Below, one piece after another: positions 11,823-24,575 of a stretch of 64,000 nucleotides of DNA. The notes beneath the pieces are model-generated. The model had not been told where the DNA came from. It saw only the letters and a list, made by a program, of their open reading frames with translations, and ran no database searches. Numbering within the stretch: the first letter of the stretch is position 1; each line of letters begins with the position of its first letter. The position numbers and the translations under genes were made by a program. This DNA comes from Stegostoma tigrinum (lineage: Eukaryota): assembly GCF_030684315.1 (NCBI RefSeq), contig NC_081396.1:5084001-5148000 (forward strand). Reading direction: 5' to 3'.

Positions 11823-14512
11823 GTCTCTATGCTAATTTATTTAAGGACCACAGCAGTTATCCGTGTGTGGAACCAGAGGATGTTGGCTAAATTTGAAACG
11901 AACACTGTGACAACATTCATTAGTGAAAGAGCAATCAGGGAGAAGTATGTCATTGAATTTAATCAGGCTTACTCTTTCCCCTGTTATCCTTTAACCGTCA
12001 ATGGACCTGTAAAATAACTGAGCATTTTCCTTTATTTTACCTGGCTGCATCAATTCATGTTCTCCAATTCATAGCTCTCCATATCTCCCTATTTAAATTC
12101 TCTCTCGCACACTTGCCTGATAGAATCTGCTCCTTCCCTGGTCACTCCAGCCAAATCATATCTGGTCTTATTAAAATCAACCAATTTAGAACTTTGATTT
12201 AAGGCTAATCCATGTCCTTTTCCAGAACAATCCTTAATCTTTTTAAATTTAGTCTGCAAAATCCTCCCCCACTGATACTTCAACCACTTGTCCATTTTTG
12301 TCACCTAAAATTAACTCCAGGAGCTCCCTTTTCCTTGTTGGGACTTCTACATACTGGCTTCAAAAGCTGTCCTGGATTTATTTTAAAAGTTCCTCTAAAC
12401 CTTTCACACTGTGCAGATGACAGTAAATGTTGGGGAATTGAAACTGCCCACTATCATGACCCTTACTACTGTTATGCTTCCCTGAAATCTGCCTCCTATG
12501 GGCTCTACTTGTTCTACCCATACAGGTTTATCTAAGGAATTTTCTAAAACATTATTTCTCCTTATCGCTGTAATAAATTCTCTGATAGACCTTATATCTT
12601 TCAAAAAGAATCAGAGATGCAGAGCGCACTCAAAATATGACCTTTTATTTGCTTAGTTACAGCTCAGTAACAGTGTATAGCAAAAAAAAGGCGCAAAGTC
12701 ATGAAGGTACAAAAAAATGTCCACAGACTTGAGAATATCTGTCTTTTAGAGCGCTCACCACCACCCCACCCTCCATTATTATAGTTCAACAGAACTGAGT
12801 TGGCACTTTCATTTTCACTGAGATGAACAGGTTTGTGGCTCAATTATAGTCACTATAACGTTTTTGAAACTTTTCACAACAATTACTGTCCGAATAATAG
12901 TAACCAGAACTGCCAATTAATTAGAAACTTCTCATTACAGGGAAAACAAAAGAATATTGACTTTGATCAGTTCCACAAAGTTATGAGCTTCAGCGCATTC
13001 CAATATCTTAAGTGTGTGCGTGTGTGTGAGAGACAGAAAGGAGAAATCTTTTGTGCAGGGCTTGCTTAACTAATTGTTGACCATTTGTGGTCTGGTTTAA
13101 TTCCGTTTATGAACTAAATTGGTTCTATAATATAGGTTAACCACCTAATTAGCGTGAGATAGTCAAATGTGTCGAATGTTATTATCTTATGTGTTAGCTG
13201 CAAATATTAAACATCTTATCTGCAGCTTACAAGAGTTGCAAATGTTGTTCTTAAAAATGTTCTATGTCTTCTATTGTCTAACGTTGTTATCTTGTGTGAG
13301 CTCCAAATGTTAATTGTTTTATCTGTGGTTTACAGTGTGAAATCAAATAACAAATGCTGTTAGTTGCAACCTTGAGAAAATGTTGCTGTCAGCAATAGCT
13401 GTGGCCAGCCACAACAATCTTATTTTGTGCTCAGTTACGGGCAACAGTAACATTCCCCAAACACAGCTACGACACCTCCTCTTCCTTTGCATTCTTCGCT
13501 GTATGGCATGAAGACCATGCATCTTGGAGTTTTGGGCTTCCAAACCTACCTCTCTCTGAACCATGTCTCAGTGACAGCTGTCATAATACACCATTTTTAA
13601 TTTGTACCCTCAACTCATCTGCCTTGCTCGTCACACGTGCAGCATTCAACTCAATGCCATTCAACCGTGTCAAACTCCCTTGTACCCCAACTGGCCTGTA
13701 ACGTCAATGCCTGACTCACTTGTTGATTCCTCTCTTCTTAGCCTTTCGGATATGCTTTCTGGATCCCATCCCCTTGCCAAGTTATGTTGCATGTTCACCA
13801 ACAACACTTGGAACTAAATTTCCAGCATTCCAGACTTTCTCTCACTCTGGATGTGCCTTCCCCCAACTGCTCATGTGATGGGTACTGATTATCTTATCTC
13901 TAAGGCACTCAGGATTAGACAAAAAGAGTTGATATAACCTGGGTTTTAATAAATAGCTGATTTGTATTATTTTTATTCCAAACAGGTAACTGAACCTGTA
14001 GTGTTCAGAAACATGGTCAGAAATAGAGCCAGAAAGCATGGTTTGGATTTGGATAGCAATACCATCAAAATCCAGTGCTGATGGATATGAGGGAACTTGT
14101 TTAACCAGTTCTGATGAACCTCAAATACACTTTGCAAACAATATGCAGATGGATACTCATTACAGAGCATAAATATGTTGAAATAATCACAGTGCTTATT
14201 TTCAAAACCTATTCTAGAGACACAACTGTATCATTGTTTTATCCTCAAGATCAGCCCCTTTAATAATATCAATACAAGTGGTCCAATGACCAAGGTTTAT
14301 TCCTTGGTGTGTGAATAAAAGCAAAACCTTTCACCTGTGGTTCTTTTGTGAATTTGCTTGTGCACAAGCAAATTCACAAAGTCTTTTACATGAACACAGC
14401 AGGTGAATGGGATCCACCTGGTGTCATTTCATTGGTGTGGTAACATTTTAAAATCCCTTCCCACATGTAGAACAAGTGAACCGTCTCTCCATAGAGTGAA
14501 CAGGCTGGTGTA

Positions 14513-15418
14513 TCAGCCAGTGAGTTGACCGAGTGAATGCTTTTCCCCGGTGTGAACTCGCTGATGTCTCAGCAAGATGGTTGACTGACCGAACGTTTTC
14601 CCACAATCAGAGCAGATGAATGGCTTCTCTCCAGTATGTACTCGTTGGTGTGTTAGAAGTCTCGATGAGCAATTGAATGCTTTTCCACATTCAGAACAGG
14701 TGAATGGTCTCTCCCCACTGTGAATTCGCTGGTGTATCAGCAGATTACATGAGCGATTGAAGCCTTTTCCACATTCAGAACATGTGAACGGTTTCTCCCC
14801 AGTGTGAATTCGCTGGTGTATCAGCAGTTTAGAAGAGTAATGGAATCCTTTTCCACATTCAGAACAGGTGAATGGTCTCTCCCCAGTATGAATTCGCTGG
14901 TGTTTCAGCAGGCTGGATGATGAAGTGAATCCCTTCCCACAGTCAAAGCATGTGAACGGCTTCTCCCCAGTATGAATACGCTGGTGTATCCGCAGGTCGG
15001 ATGACTGAGCGTATGCTTTCTCACACACTGAGCAGGTGAATGGTCTCTCCCCAGTGTGGACCCGCTGGTGTATCCGCAGGTGGGATGACTGCGTAAATCC
15101 CATTCCACAATCAGAGCAGGTAAATGGCTTCTCCCCAGTGTGACTGCGTTGGTGAGTTTCCAGTTCAGATGGGTAAAGAAATCCCTTCCCACAATCTTCA
15201 CATTTCCACAGTCTCTCACCAGTGTGACTGCGTCGGTGAGTTTCTAGCTGGGATGGGTAAAGAAATCCCTTCCCGCAATCCCCACATTTCCACCGTCTCT
15301 CCCCAGCGCGACTGCGTTGGCGTTTGGACATTACAGGTGAATATTCACAGACTCTTCCACACACAGATGATACGTGTTTCTCCCTGGGGTGAAAGGTGCT
15401 TTTCCCTTCAACGTTCAA
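14513..15418 (-). CDS. C2H2 (Kruppel-type) zinc-finger protein terminal exon, 9 intact fingers, no KRAB visible
   Basis: Open frame with nine CxxC...HxxxH fingers joined by TGE(K/R)(P/L) linkers. The ORF-track start is TTG; the first ATG is at 15331. After finger 9 a deletion shifts the frame, and decayed fingers continue to about 14320. Confidence 0.85.
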   Translation of the reverse strand: MNVEGKSTFHPREKHVSSVCGRVCEYSPVMSKRQRSRAGERRWKCGDCGKGFLYPSQLETHRRSHTGERLWKCEDCGKGFLYPSELETHQRSHTGEKPFTCSDCGMGFTQSSHLRIHQRVHTGERPFTCSVCEKAYAQSSDLRIHQRIHTGEKPFTCFDCGKGFTSSSSLLKHQRIHTGERPFTCSECGKGFHYSSKLLIHQRIHTGEKPFTCSECGKGFNRSCNLLIHQRIHSGERPFTCSECGKAFNCSSRLLTHQRVHTGEKPFICSDCGKTFGQSTILLRHQRVHTGEKHSLGQLTG

Positions 15419-15774
15419 GATTCTGAAATAATTAGGTTATGATAAACAGAGTGACTGTCGGATCTGGATCTGGTTTCATTTGAAGTCTCTAATTGCAAAA
15501 CTCCATTTCAAACGTAAAACAAATTAGGAGAATGAGAAGAAAATACAAGTTGTGAAACAGAGATCAGTTAACCCGGTCGGTTGTGGATATGACAAAGGGA
15601 AAATGCTGGATTATCATTAAAACCGAACTGTCCTTCAGGGAAGGGAACCAGTCAGTGTTTGCTCAAAACTGCAGAAAGAGTTAGAGGTGGGAGAGGCAGC
15701 ATGAAGAAGTATTTGAGAGATCTACAACTCAGCCCTGTTCCCGTTTTCTCCCCATACCTTCAATACCTCCAGAA

Positions 15775-16490
15775 GGATAAGAACAAGTGCATAGTTCCTT
15801 GAAAGGGGAGTTGCAGGCAGCCACGACAGTGAATAGGAATTTTCAATGCTTGTCTTTATTGTTAGGGCATTGAGTGCAGGATTTGGGAGATCATGATGTG
15901 GCTTTTTTTTAAAAAGACATTTGCTCGGTGAATTTTAGAAGACTGCATTCTGTTCTGGTCCCCCTGCTGTCAGACAGATGTTGCTAAAGTTGAAAACATT
16001 CAGAAAAGATCAACAAACTTGTTGCTGGGATTGTAGAGTTGAGCTATAGGGAGAGGCTGAATAGGCTGGGTTTTCTTTTCTTCTGGAGTGTAAGAGGCAC
16101 AGGAATGATCTTATAGAGGTTTATACAATCATGACGGACATGGATAGACTGAGTAGGAATGGTTTTTTTCCCCCGAGAGTAAGACAGTGTTCAAAACTAG
16201 TGAGCATGGGTTTAAGGTGGGAGGGGCAAGATTTTAAAAGGGACCCGAGGGGCAATCTGTTTACACAGAGGGTGTTACACGTATGTAACAAGGTACCAGA
16301 GGAAGTAGTGGAGACAGGTACAGTGACGACATTTAAACTGCATCTACATGGATGCATGGACAGGAAGTGATTATAGGGATATGAGTCAAATGCTGGAAAA
16401 ATGGGACCAGATCAGGTTAGGACATCTGGTTAGCATGGATGAGTTGGACCAAAGAGTCTGTTTCAACGCCGTATCACTCTGTGACGCTAA
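15775..16490 (+). mobile_element. CR1 3' fragment
   Basis: RDPRGNLFTQRVLHVCNKVPEEVVETG is the CR1 ORF2 C-terminus. Confidence 0.8.
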
Positions 16491-17024
16491 GTGCTTAAAT
16501 CAAATGGTGGAAATCTGAACTAAAATCAGGAAATGCTGGAGACATTCAGTAGGCTTCGCAGCATCTGAAATGGTGGCAGATGCAGGAACCATTGCAACCA
16601 GAAAGAAACGTTTAGATGATCCTACAAGCAACTATGATATAGTTTACATTCTGAGTGCTGGAAAATGAGTTTAGAGTAAATAGGTGCTAGATGATCAGCA
16701 TGGATATGATGGGGAGATCGTGTTCAACAATTTTATATCTGAGACTCTGATTCAATTTTCTTCCGTACTTCTCTGCCAGTCTCTCTTTCAGTAAGGAGGC
16801 CAGAGTGGCAGGCAGTGAAAAGTGCAACTGATATGTTGGCCTTCATAGTGAGAGGATTTGAGTACAGGAGCAGGGATATCTTTCTGTAAAGGTATTGGTG
16901 AGACCACACCTGGAGAATTGTGTGCACCTTTTTCAAGGAAGGATGCCCTGGCTGTATAGAGAATGTGAAGGTTTACCAGACTTATTCCTGGGGCATCAGG
17001 ACTGACATATGAAGAAAGACTCAA

Positions 17025-18060
17025 TCCTCATTTAATCCTCCTTTCTTTAGTCTCTCTGAGCCGCTGACTAACTAATAATCTACCTGCGAATTCCCAATTT
17101 GAATCTGACCCCTCCACGCTCACACTTTGGTTCCCAACCCCCTAGTTTAAAACTTCAAAAGAAACTATCAAAAACCTTCATGAGAATTGGCTCAGCTCTG
17201 CCTAGGGGCAACTGGTCAGCCTTGTCCAGGTCCCAATGTCCACAGAAATGGTCCCAATGCCCCAAGAATCTAAACTCTTTGCTGGTGCACCATTTCTCTA
17301 GCTACATGTTCATCTGATCTATACTCTTATTCCTGGTCTCGCTAGCACATGGCACTGGGAGTGAGTTTTTCATTATTGCATTTGAGGTCCTTGATTTTAA
17401 TACAGGAAATATGAGATATCGTCAGCTTTCAGATCTTCATCTTTTGTTTAGCTGTGTCGTGGGTACCTATGAATTCCACAACAACTGGCTATTCACCTCT
17501 AGCTCCAGGATGTCTTGTGGCTGCTCTACGATATCCCTGATCCTGGCACCAGGGAGGCCACATAGCCATTCCTGAGGCAGTAGACATGCACCCAGGATGG
17601 TATCTGTATCTCTGACTGTTGAATCCACTACAGGCTTTCCATTCTTTTTCCTCAGTTCTGTGCAGCAGACCCAACCATGGTCCCTTGAACTTGGCTGTTG
17701 CCGATTTCCCCTGAGGCCACCCCCGAAGTATCAAAATCAGTATATCTGTTTGAGGGGAGGATGACCACTAGTGACTCCTGCACTTCCTTACTGAGCATTA
17801 GTCTTTATCTGATGGCAATCCATTCCCTTTCTGCCTGTGTAATTCTCACCTTTGGTGTAACCAACTCACTAAATGGGCAGCCCATGACATTCTCAGTGTT
17901 GCGGATGCTCTGCAGTGATTCCACCCACCGCTCCAGCTCCCAAAAGTGGTTAGCCAGTAGCTGCACATAGACACACGTCCTGTTCATGTGGCCATCAGCA
18001 ACTGTGGAAGCTTTCCATAACTCCCACATTGCCAGAGGAACACACCACAGGTCTGAGATC
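17025..18060 (-). mobile_element. CR1 ORF1 region (N-terminal part plus SGNH esterase), degenerate
   Basis: MWELWKAS...ELERWVESLQSIR..ELVTPKVR, followed by remnants of CLPGARIRD and PVVV.FIGT.D motifs. Confidence 0.7.
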
Positions 18061-18639
18061 TCCTGTCATGACTTCTTTGTAAATTAATTTAGTTAATCAC
18101 TTTAAGAGAATTTAATTGAGCTACAGATTTTCTTGCGTTGCAAACATTTGTTATTATTGAAAGCCCATTACAAAAGCTCAATCTTCAAAATTGGAAGAAA
18201 ATACTTTGCAGGTACTACTGATGGTTCTTTCAACTGGCACTGTATCACTTTCTGAACTGCCCAAACTAAGACTGAGCACCACTGTCAATTTTCAGCTTCA
18301 CCTTCTCCTTGACTACCTGCCTGTTTTCACCCAACTCCAAAGCACTCTCATTCAAAGTGCAACCCTGTCATATCAACAGTCCTCACATCTACACTGACTG
18401 CAACCTACTTTACTATTCCAGTGCACCTCACTGGGGGTTCAGGGAGCAGCATCTCAACTTTCCTTTCAGCACGTTCAGAATCAACAAAGATTTGTCAGGA
18501 CCTGGTAAATTTCACCTGAAGGGATGTTGGAATTCGACTCTGTAGTGAATTTGAAAAGGAAGTTTGCAGTTATTTGAGAATAGGAAATGTATAGCTTAAA
18601 ATCCTTAAGTGGGCAATTGAGATGAAATATGACAGTTCT

Positions 18640-18933
18640 TTCAAAGAGTCAAGGTATTATTGGGATAAATCTGTGCCCCTTCTCAGGTCAATATCAATCT
18701 ACTTCCTCAGCTGCAGGGCCCAGAACTGAACACATACATGATCAAACAACAGATTTGAATATCTTAGCTGCTTTTCAAGTTAAAAGCATGTTGGAGACAT
18801 TTTCCCACAGACAGAACAGACAAACCTTTTTCCTTCCAGAGTGAAATGCCAAGACATTCAGGTCCTGATGTCTCTGCTGATTGTCTGAACTTGTTTTGAG
18901 ATCCCAGTCTGCACATTATTCTCAGTTAATATC
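18640..18933 (-). pseudogene. Decayed zinc-finger-gene terminal-exon relic
   Basis: Acceptor gttttacAG|gatatt (same motif as at 28444), followed by LEGKRFVCSVCGKMSPTCF*LEKQ, a degenerate first finger. Confidence 0.6.
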
Positions 18934-19029
18934 CTGTAAAACGAATTCAAAAAGAAGAATCGCTCTCAGTCTAGGGTAGAAATCTAGAAAATAAAATAAT
19001 TTCTCTTGGCTTCAGTCTGTTCGGTAAAT

Positions 19030-19520
19030 GCTCCCCTTCAAGTCGCCCCGCCCCCACACAGGAAGAAGCCGGCGCAAGCGCATTACTGCATATGGCCTCA
19101 AATAAAGATGGCAGCGGGAACACGGAGCCTATCACCGCCTGAGGCCCGCAGCCGTTTTCCCGTTTGCCACAAACGCGGGACTGGAAATTTCTAATTCAGC
19201 TCTAGTCGCCTACATACGGTGCTGATACAACCTCCCAATCGAGACTGACGCCATTTTCCTCCCGACGTCCACAGACTCTCCCGCCCTCGCTCAGGCAGAA
19301 GTACAGCGACGATGCGCCGGCAGCGTAAATGGTCACGTGTCATCCTGATCACCCCGCCCCACATTCATTTCCATTGGTTGGAGGTTCAGCCGCCCACGGT
19401 GTTGTCCGCCAGCCACGCCCCCATCTCCCTATTGGTCCAGGCTGTGCCGTCAGTCAGCTGGGGCCCAATACGAAGTGAGTGGTGGGACCCTCCCACTCTC
19501 GCCCCTGGGATGGGCTGCAG
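19030..19520 (-). promoter_or_regulatory. CpG-island promoter, probably of the minus-strand zinc-finger gene (possibly bidirectional)
   Basis: High CpG density. ATTGG (minus-strand CCAAT) near 19373 and 19431, CCAAT near 19465, GC boxes near 19047 and 19350, E-box GTCACGTG at 19332, NRF1-like motif at 19072, YY1-like AAGATGGC at 19105 (+) and CGCCATTTT at 19249 (-). Confidence 0.65.
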
Positions 19521-19542
19521 TGAAGCGCAGGAGCTGGAGGAG

Positions 19543-19758
19543 AGATATGATGGGAAGTGCAGATGTTGGAGAATCCGAGATGACAGTGTGGAGCTGGATG
19601 AACGCAGCAGGCCAAGCAGCATCAGCGGAGCAGGAAAGCTGATATTTCTGGTTTGGACCCTTCTTCCTGCACCTCTGATGTTGTTTGGCCTGCTGTGTTC
19701 ATCCAGCTCTACACCTTGTCTCAGATTCTCCAGCATCGGCATTTCCTACGACCTCTGA
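19543..19758. mobile_element. Inverted pair of Penelope family-1 termini (older palindromic copy)
   Basis: gcagatgttggagaatccgagatgac..gagctggatgaacgcagcaggccaagcagcatc is followed by its reverse complement. Confidence 0.7.
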
Positions 19759-20504
19759 ATAAGTGCTACATCTAAGTCGTGTCTTGAATACATTAACTGC
19801 TTTGGCATCAACTGCTTCCTGCGGCCATGAATTCCAAAATGCTTACCACTGTTTGGGTGAAGAAATGTCTCCTCATCTCCATCCTAAATTGTCTACCCCG
19901 AATCCTCATACCGTGACCCCTCGTCCTGGATGCACCCACCATCGGGAACATCCTCCCTGCCCTTAACCTGTCCAGTCCCGTGACAACTTTATAAGTCTCC
20001 ATGAGATTGGCCCCTCATTCATCTGAACAATATCACAGAACGCACAGGCTGGTGACTATTCGTACTCGAGAAATGCGGCGAATTTATCCCAATTCTGCAC
20101 CACTCCCCCATCCATAGCTAATATCTTTCCTTAAAAAGTTAAATTCCAAATTTACTTTACGAATAACTGTTGAATATGCATCAAGCTGCTGTTCAGATTA
20201 TTCCAGATCCTCAGAAGTTGCTGAATAAAATAATTCACGCTGCATTATTTGCCAATTGTCTGAAAACAGTGTTCTGTGGTGACCAAAGATTGTGACAGTG
20301 TTAATAATTTCTGTCTCTCTGCGAATGAAATATCTCGAAAACAAATCGACTCCACGACTAGATCACGGCTTATTGTTCTCAGATCCAAGAGAATGATCTG
20401 ATCTTCTGTTGCCTCTCTTAAAAACCAAAAACTTTTCTTAATTTTAACTTGTTTTTGGAGTATGGTTTTTGCTGCCCAGACCAGTACTTATGCATGTAAA
20501 AATG

Positions 20505-23315
20505 ATACACCAATTATCGTGGGGGATTTTAATCTACATATTGATTGGTCAAGCCAGGTTGGTCATGGCAGCCTTGAGCAGGGGTTCATAGAATGCATCT
20601 GTAATAATTTCCTTGAATAATATGTAATGGAAGCTACGAGGGAGCAAGCTATGCCAGATCTAGTCCTGTGTAATGAGACAGGAATAATGAATGATCTCAC
20701 AGTTAGGGATCCTCTCGGAAGGAGTGATCATAGTATGGTCGAATTTAAAATACAGATGGAGCGTGAGAAGGTTAAATCCAGCGCTAATATCCTATGCTGA
20801 AACAAAGGAGATGATGATGAGGTGAGGGAGGAGTTAGCTAAGGTAAAATGGGAGCAAAAACTTTATGGTGGGTCAATTGAGGAACAGTGGAGGATTTTCA
20901 GAATGATTTTTCGCTGTGCTCAGCAGAAGTATATTCCAGTGATAAGGAAGAATGTAGGAAAAGAAATAGTCAGCCATGGATGTCTAAGGAAATAAAGGAA
21001 AGTGTCAGATTTAAACAAAAATACATACAATAAAGCTAAGATAAGTGGGAAATGAGCAGACTGGGAAATCTTTGAAGGCCAACAGAGAGACACAAAAAAT
21101 GTTATAAAGAAAAGTAAGATAGATTATGAGAGTAAACTAGCTCAGAATATAAAAACAGGCAGCAAAGGTTTCTATAAATATGTAAGTCGTGAAAAAGTGG
21201 CGATGGTAAACATTGGTCCTTCAGAGGATGAGAAGGCCAATTTAATAACAGGGAATGAGGAAGTAGCCGAGGCATTAAACAGTTATTTTGTGTCAGTCTT
21301 CACAGTGGAAGACACAAATAAAATGCCGCAAACTGACGGCAAGAAGGTTATAGCAGGTGAGGACCTAGGAACTATCATTAACACTAAGGAGGCAGTGCTG
21401 GGCAAGCTAATTGGGTGAAAGGTAGACAAGTCTGCTGGTCCTGATGAAACGCTTCCCAGGGTACTAAAAAAGGTGATGGGGAAAATAGCAAATACACTAG
21501 TAATTATGTACCAAAATTGACTGGACTTTGGGGTGGTTCCCACAGATTGGAAAACAGCCAATATGACACCACTGTTTTAGGGTGGCACGGCAGCTCAGTG
21601 GTTAGCACTGCAGCCTCACAGTGCCAGGGACCTGGGTTCAATTCCAGCCTCGGGTAACTGTTAGTGTGGAGTTTGCACATTCTCCCCGTGTCTGCGTGGG
21701 TTTCCTCCGGGTGCTCTGGTGTCCTCCCACAGTCCAAAGATGCACAGGCAAGGTGGATCAGCCATGCTAAATTCCCTGCAGTGTTCAGAGGTGTGTGGGT
21801 TATGGGGGGATGGGTCTAGGTGGGATGCTTCAAAGGGCGGTGTGGACTTGTTGGGCTGAAAGGCCAGTTTTAACACTGTAAGGAATCTAATCTAAAATAA
21901 GCAGTAGACAAAAAGCAGGTAACTGCAGGCCAGTTAGCTTAACTTCGGTCATGGGGAAAATGCTTGAATCTATCATTGAAGAAGAAATAGCAAGACATCT
22001 GGATATAAATTCTCCCATTAGGAACACCCAACATAGGTTCATGAGGGTAGATCATGTTTACCCAATTTGGTGGAATTCTTTGAGGACATTACTTGCGTGG
22101 TGGACAGTGGGGAACCTGTGGGTGTAGTGTATCTGGATTTCCAGAAAGCATTTGACAAGGTGTCACACCAAAGGCTGCTACATAAGATAAAGTTGCACTG
22201 TATTACAGGTAATGTATTAGCATGGATAGAGGATTGGCTGACTAGTTGAAAGCGAAGAGTGGGGTTAATGGCTGTTTTTCTGGTTGGTGGTCAGTGGCTA
22301 GTGTTGTGCCTTGGTGAACAGTGTTGGGTCCGCAATCATTTACAATTTACATAGATGATTTAGAGTTGGGGACTAAGTGTGGTGTGTCAAAATTTGCAGA
22401 TGACACTAAAATGAGTGGTAGACCAAAGTGTGCAGAAGACACTGAACGTCTGCAGAGGGATATAGATAGTCTAAGTGAGTGGGCAGAGGTCTGGCAGATG
22501 GAATACAATGTTGATAAGTGTGAGGTCACCCATTTTGGCAGAAATAAGAGCAAAATAGACTGTGTTTTAAATAACAAAAAAATGCAGCATGCTGCTGTGC
22601 AGAGGGACTTAGGCATTTTTGCGCATGAATTGCTAAAAGTAGGATGGCAGATGCAGCAGGCAAGTAAAAAGGCAATAGGAATTTTGCATGTTATTGCTAA
22701 AGGGATGGAGTTTAAAAACAGGGAGGCTGTGCTGCAACTGCATTGGGTCCTGGTGAGGCCACACCTGGAGTACTGTATGCAGTTTTGGTCCCCTTACTTC
22801 AGAAGGGATATACGAGCACAGGAGAGGGTGCAGAGGAGATTCAGTCAGCTGATTCCAGAGTTGAGAGGGTTGGATTATGAGGAGAGACTGAATAGTCTGG
22901 GATTTTACTCGTTGGAATTCAGAAGAATGAGTGGAGGTCTGATAGAAACATAAAAGATTATGAAGGGAGTAGATAAGGTGGAGGCAGGGAGGTTGTTTCC
23001 ACTAGCAGGTGAAACTATAGGACTAGGGGGCATAGCCTCAAAATAAAGGGAAGCGGGTGTAGGACTGAGGTCAGAAGGAACTTATTCACCCAAAGGGCTG
23101 TGAATCTGTGGAATTCCCTGCCCAGTGAAGCGGTTGAAGCGACTTTGCTGAATGTGTTTAAGACAAGGCTAGATAAATGTTTGAACAGTGAAGGAACTAA
23201 GGAATATGGTGTGCAAGCAGATATGTGGAGCTGAGTCTCCAAAAGATCAGCCATGGCAGGGCAGGCTCGAGGGACCAGATGGCCTACTTCCTGCTTCTAG
23301 TTCTTGTGTTCTTAA
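20505..23315 (+). mobile_element. CR1-type LINE ORF2 (APE, RT and 3' UTR), degenerate
   Basis: GDFN, LDFQKAFDKVSHQRLL, FADDTKMSG and VRPHLEYCMQFWSP, with several stops. Confidence 0.92.
21580..21893 (+). mobile_element. Full-length HE1-type (tRNA-derived, V-domain) SINE inserted in CR1
   Basis: A-box/B-box head ggtggcacggcagctcagtggttagc...gggttcaattcc, V-SINE core gtgtggagtttgcacattctccccgtgtctgcgtgggtttcctccgggtgctc, and (ATCTA)n tail. Confidence 0.9.
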
Positions 23316-23489
23316 ATTCTTATATTATCCCATATGTCTCAAGCCTTTTTTTTCACCCTATGATCTGTATGTCCTTGCTTACTATGATCTCTCTGTACTG
23401 CTCATAAACAAAGTTTTTCACTGTACTTCGGGACATGTATAATTAATAAATCAATCAAACAATATTGTCCAACTTTATTTGACACTGAG

Positions 23490-23940
23490 AGATGAATAGA
23501 GAGAGAGAGAGAGAGATAGAGGAAGAGCAAGGGAAAGAGGAGAAAGACAGTGGGAGAGAGAATGAGCAAAAGAGAGAGAGAGTGATTCCCTGTGACTGAT
23601 TTGTTGGAGATGATGGAATGATTCTGTTTCTGGAAGAGAGGATACATCCACCTCTGAGGGTTGGACAGAGAAGGACACAACATTATCAACAGACAGAGAG
23701 AGGGAGAGAGTGAGTATCTGTGAGAGAGTGAGTGCCTGTGAGAGAGCACACATTCCTGTGAGAGACAGTGAGTACCTGTNNNNNNNNNNNNNNNNNNNNN
23801 NNNNNNNNNNNNNNNNNNNNNNNNNNNNNNNNNNNNNNNNNNNNNNNNNNNNNNNNNNNNNNNNNNNNNNNNNNNNNNNNNNNNNNNNNNNNNNNNNNNN
23901 NNNNNNNNNNNNNNNNNNNNNNNNCAAGAGAGACAGACAG
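23490..23940. repeat. (AG)n-rich low-complexity tract surrounding assembly gap 23780-23924
   Basis: Runs of GA/AG and 145 N. Confidence 0.9.
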
Positions 23941-24238
23941 AGTGTCTTCAAATATGGGAGGCTTTTAGGCAATTTCATTTCATTACAACTACCTTTGAAC
24001 ATTCAATGGCCAGTTTGTATATCCAGCTATCATTTGATATTCAGTTTGTCTGGAACTATCAGCAAGAATTAGATTAAATATAATCCCTCAGCACTGACCA
24101 TCTGACAACATCTGCTACCTCAACACTGGCCCATCAACAGTAAACAGTCCATTAACTCTGATCCTTTCAGAGTGAACACATCCCCAGCATTGAGCCTTCC
24201 ACAGCGCCCATTCCCTCAGCCCTAGCTCTCTCACACTG

Positions 24239-24575
24239 CCCAGTCTCTTGATAACAAAGTGTGAAGCTGGATGAACACAGCAGGCCAAGCAGCATCTCAG
24301 GAGCACAAAAGCTGACGTTTCGGGCCGAGACTTCATCAGAGAGGGTGATGGGGAGAGGGTTCTGGAATAAATAAGGAGAGAGGGGGAGGCGGATCTATTT
24401 ATTCCAGAAACCTCTCCCCATCCCCCTCTCTGATGAAGGGTCTAGGCCCGAAACGTCAGCTTTTGTGCTCCTGGGATGCTGCTTGACTTGCTGTGTTCAT
24501 CCAGCTGCACACTTTGTTATCTTGGATTCTCCAGCATTTGCAGTTCCCATTATCTCTGAACCCGGTCTCTTGATA
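24239..24575. mobile_element. Palindromic Penelope-derived insertion with hammerhead cores and a 15-bp TSD
   Basis: TSD cccagtctcttgata (24239-24253) / cccggtctcttgata (24561-24575). Inverted arms about 24250-24372 and 24395-24520. Confidence 0.85.
24425..24462 (+). ncRNA. Minimal type-I hammerhead ribozyme core
   Basis: CTGATGA-a-GGGTCTAGGCCC (stem II)-GAAAC-GTC. Conserved CUGANGA/GAAA core with a GUC triplet and a palindromic minimal stem III. Stem I is short. Confidence 0.6.

Noticed and set aside
21580-21655. tRNA gene
   Set aside because: It is the tRNA-derived head of an HE1-type SINE.
23402-24072. Long ORFs across the AG tract and gap (also 45518-46075)
   Set aside because: Artefacts of N runs and low complexity.
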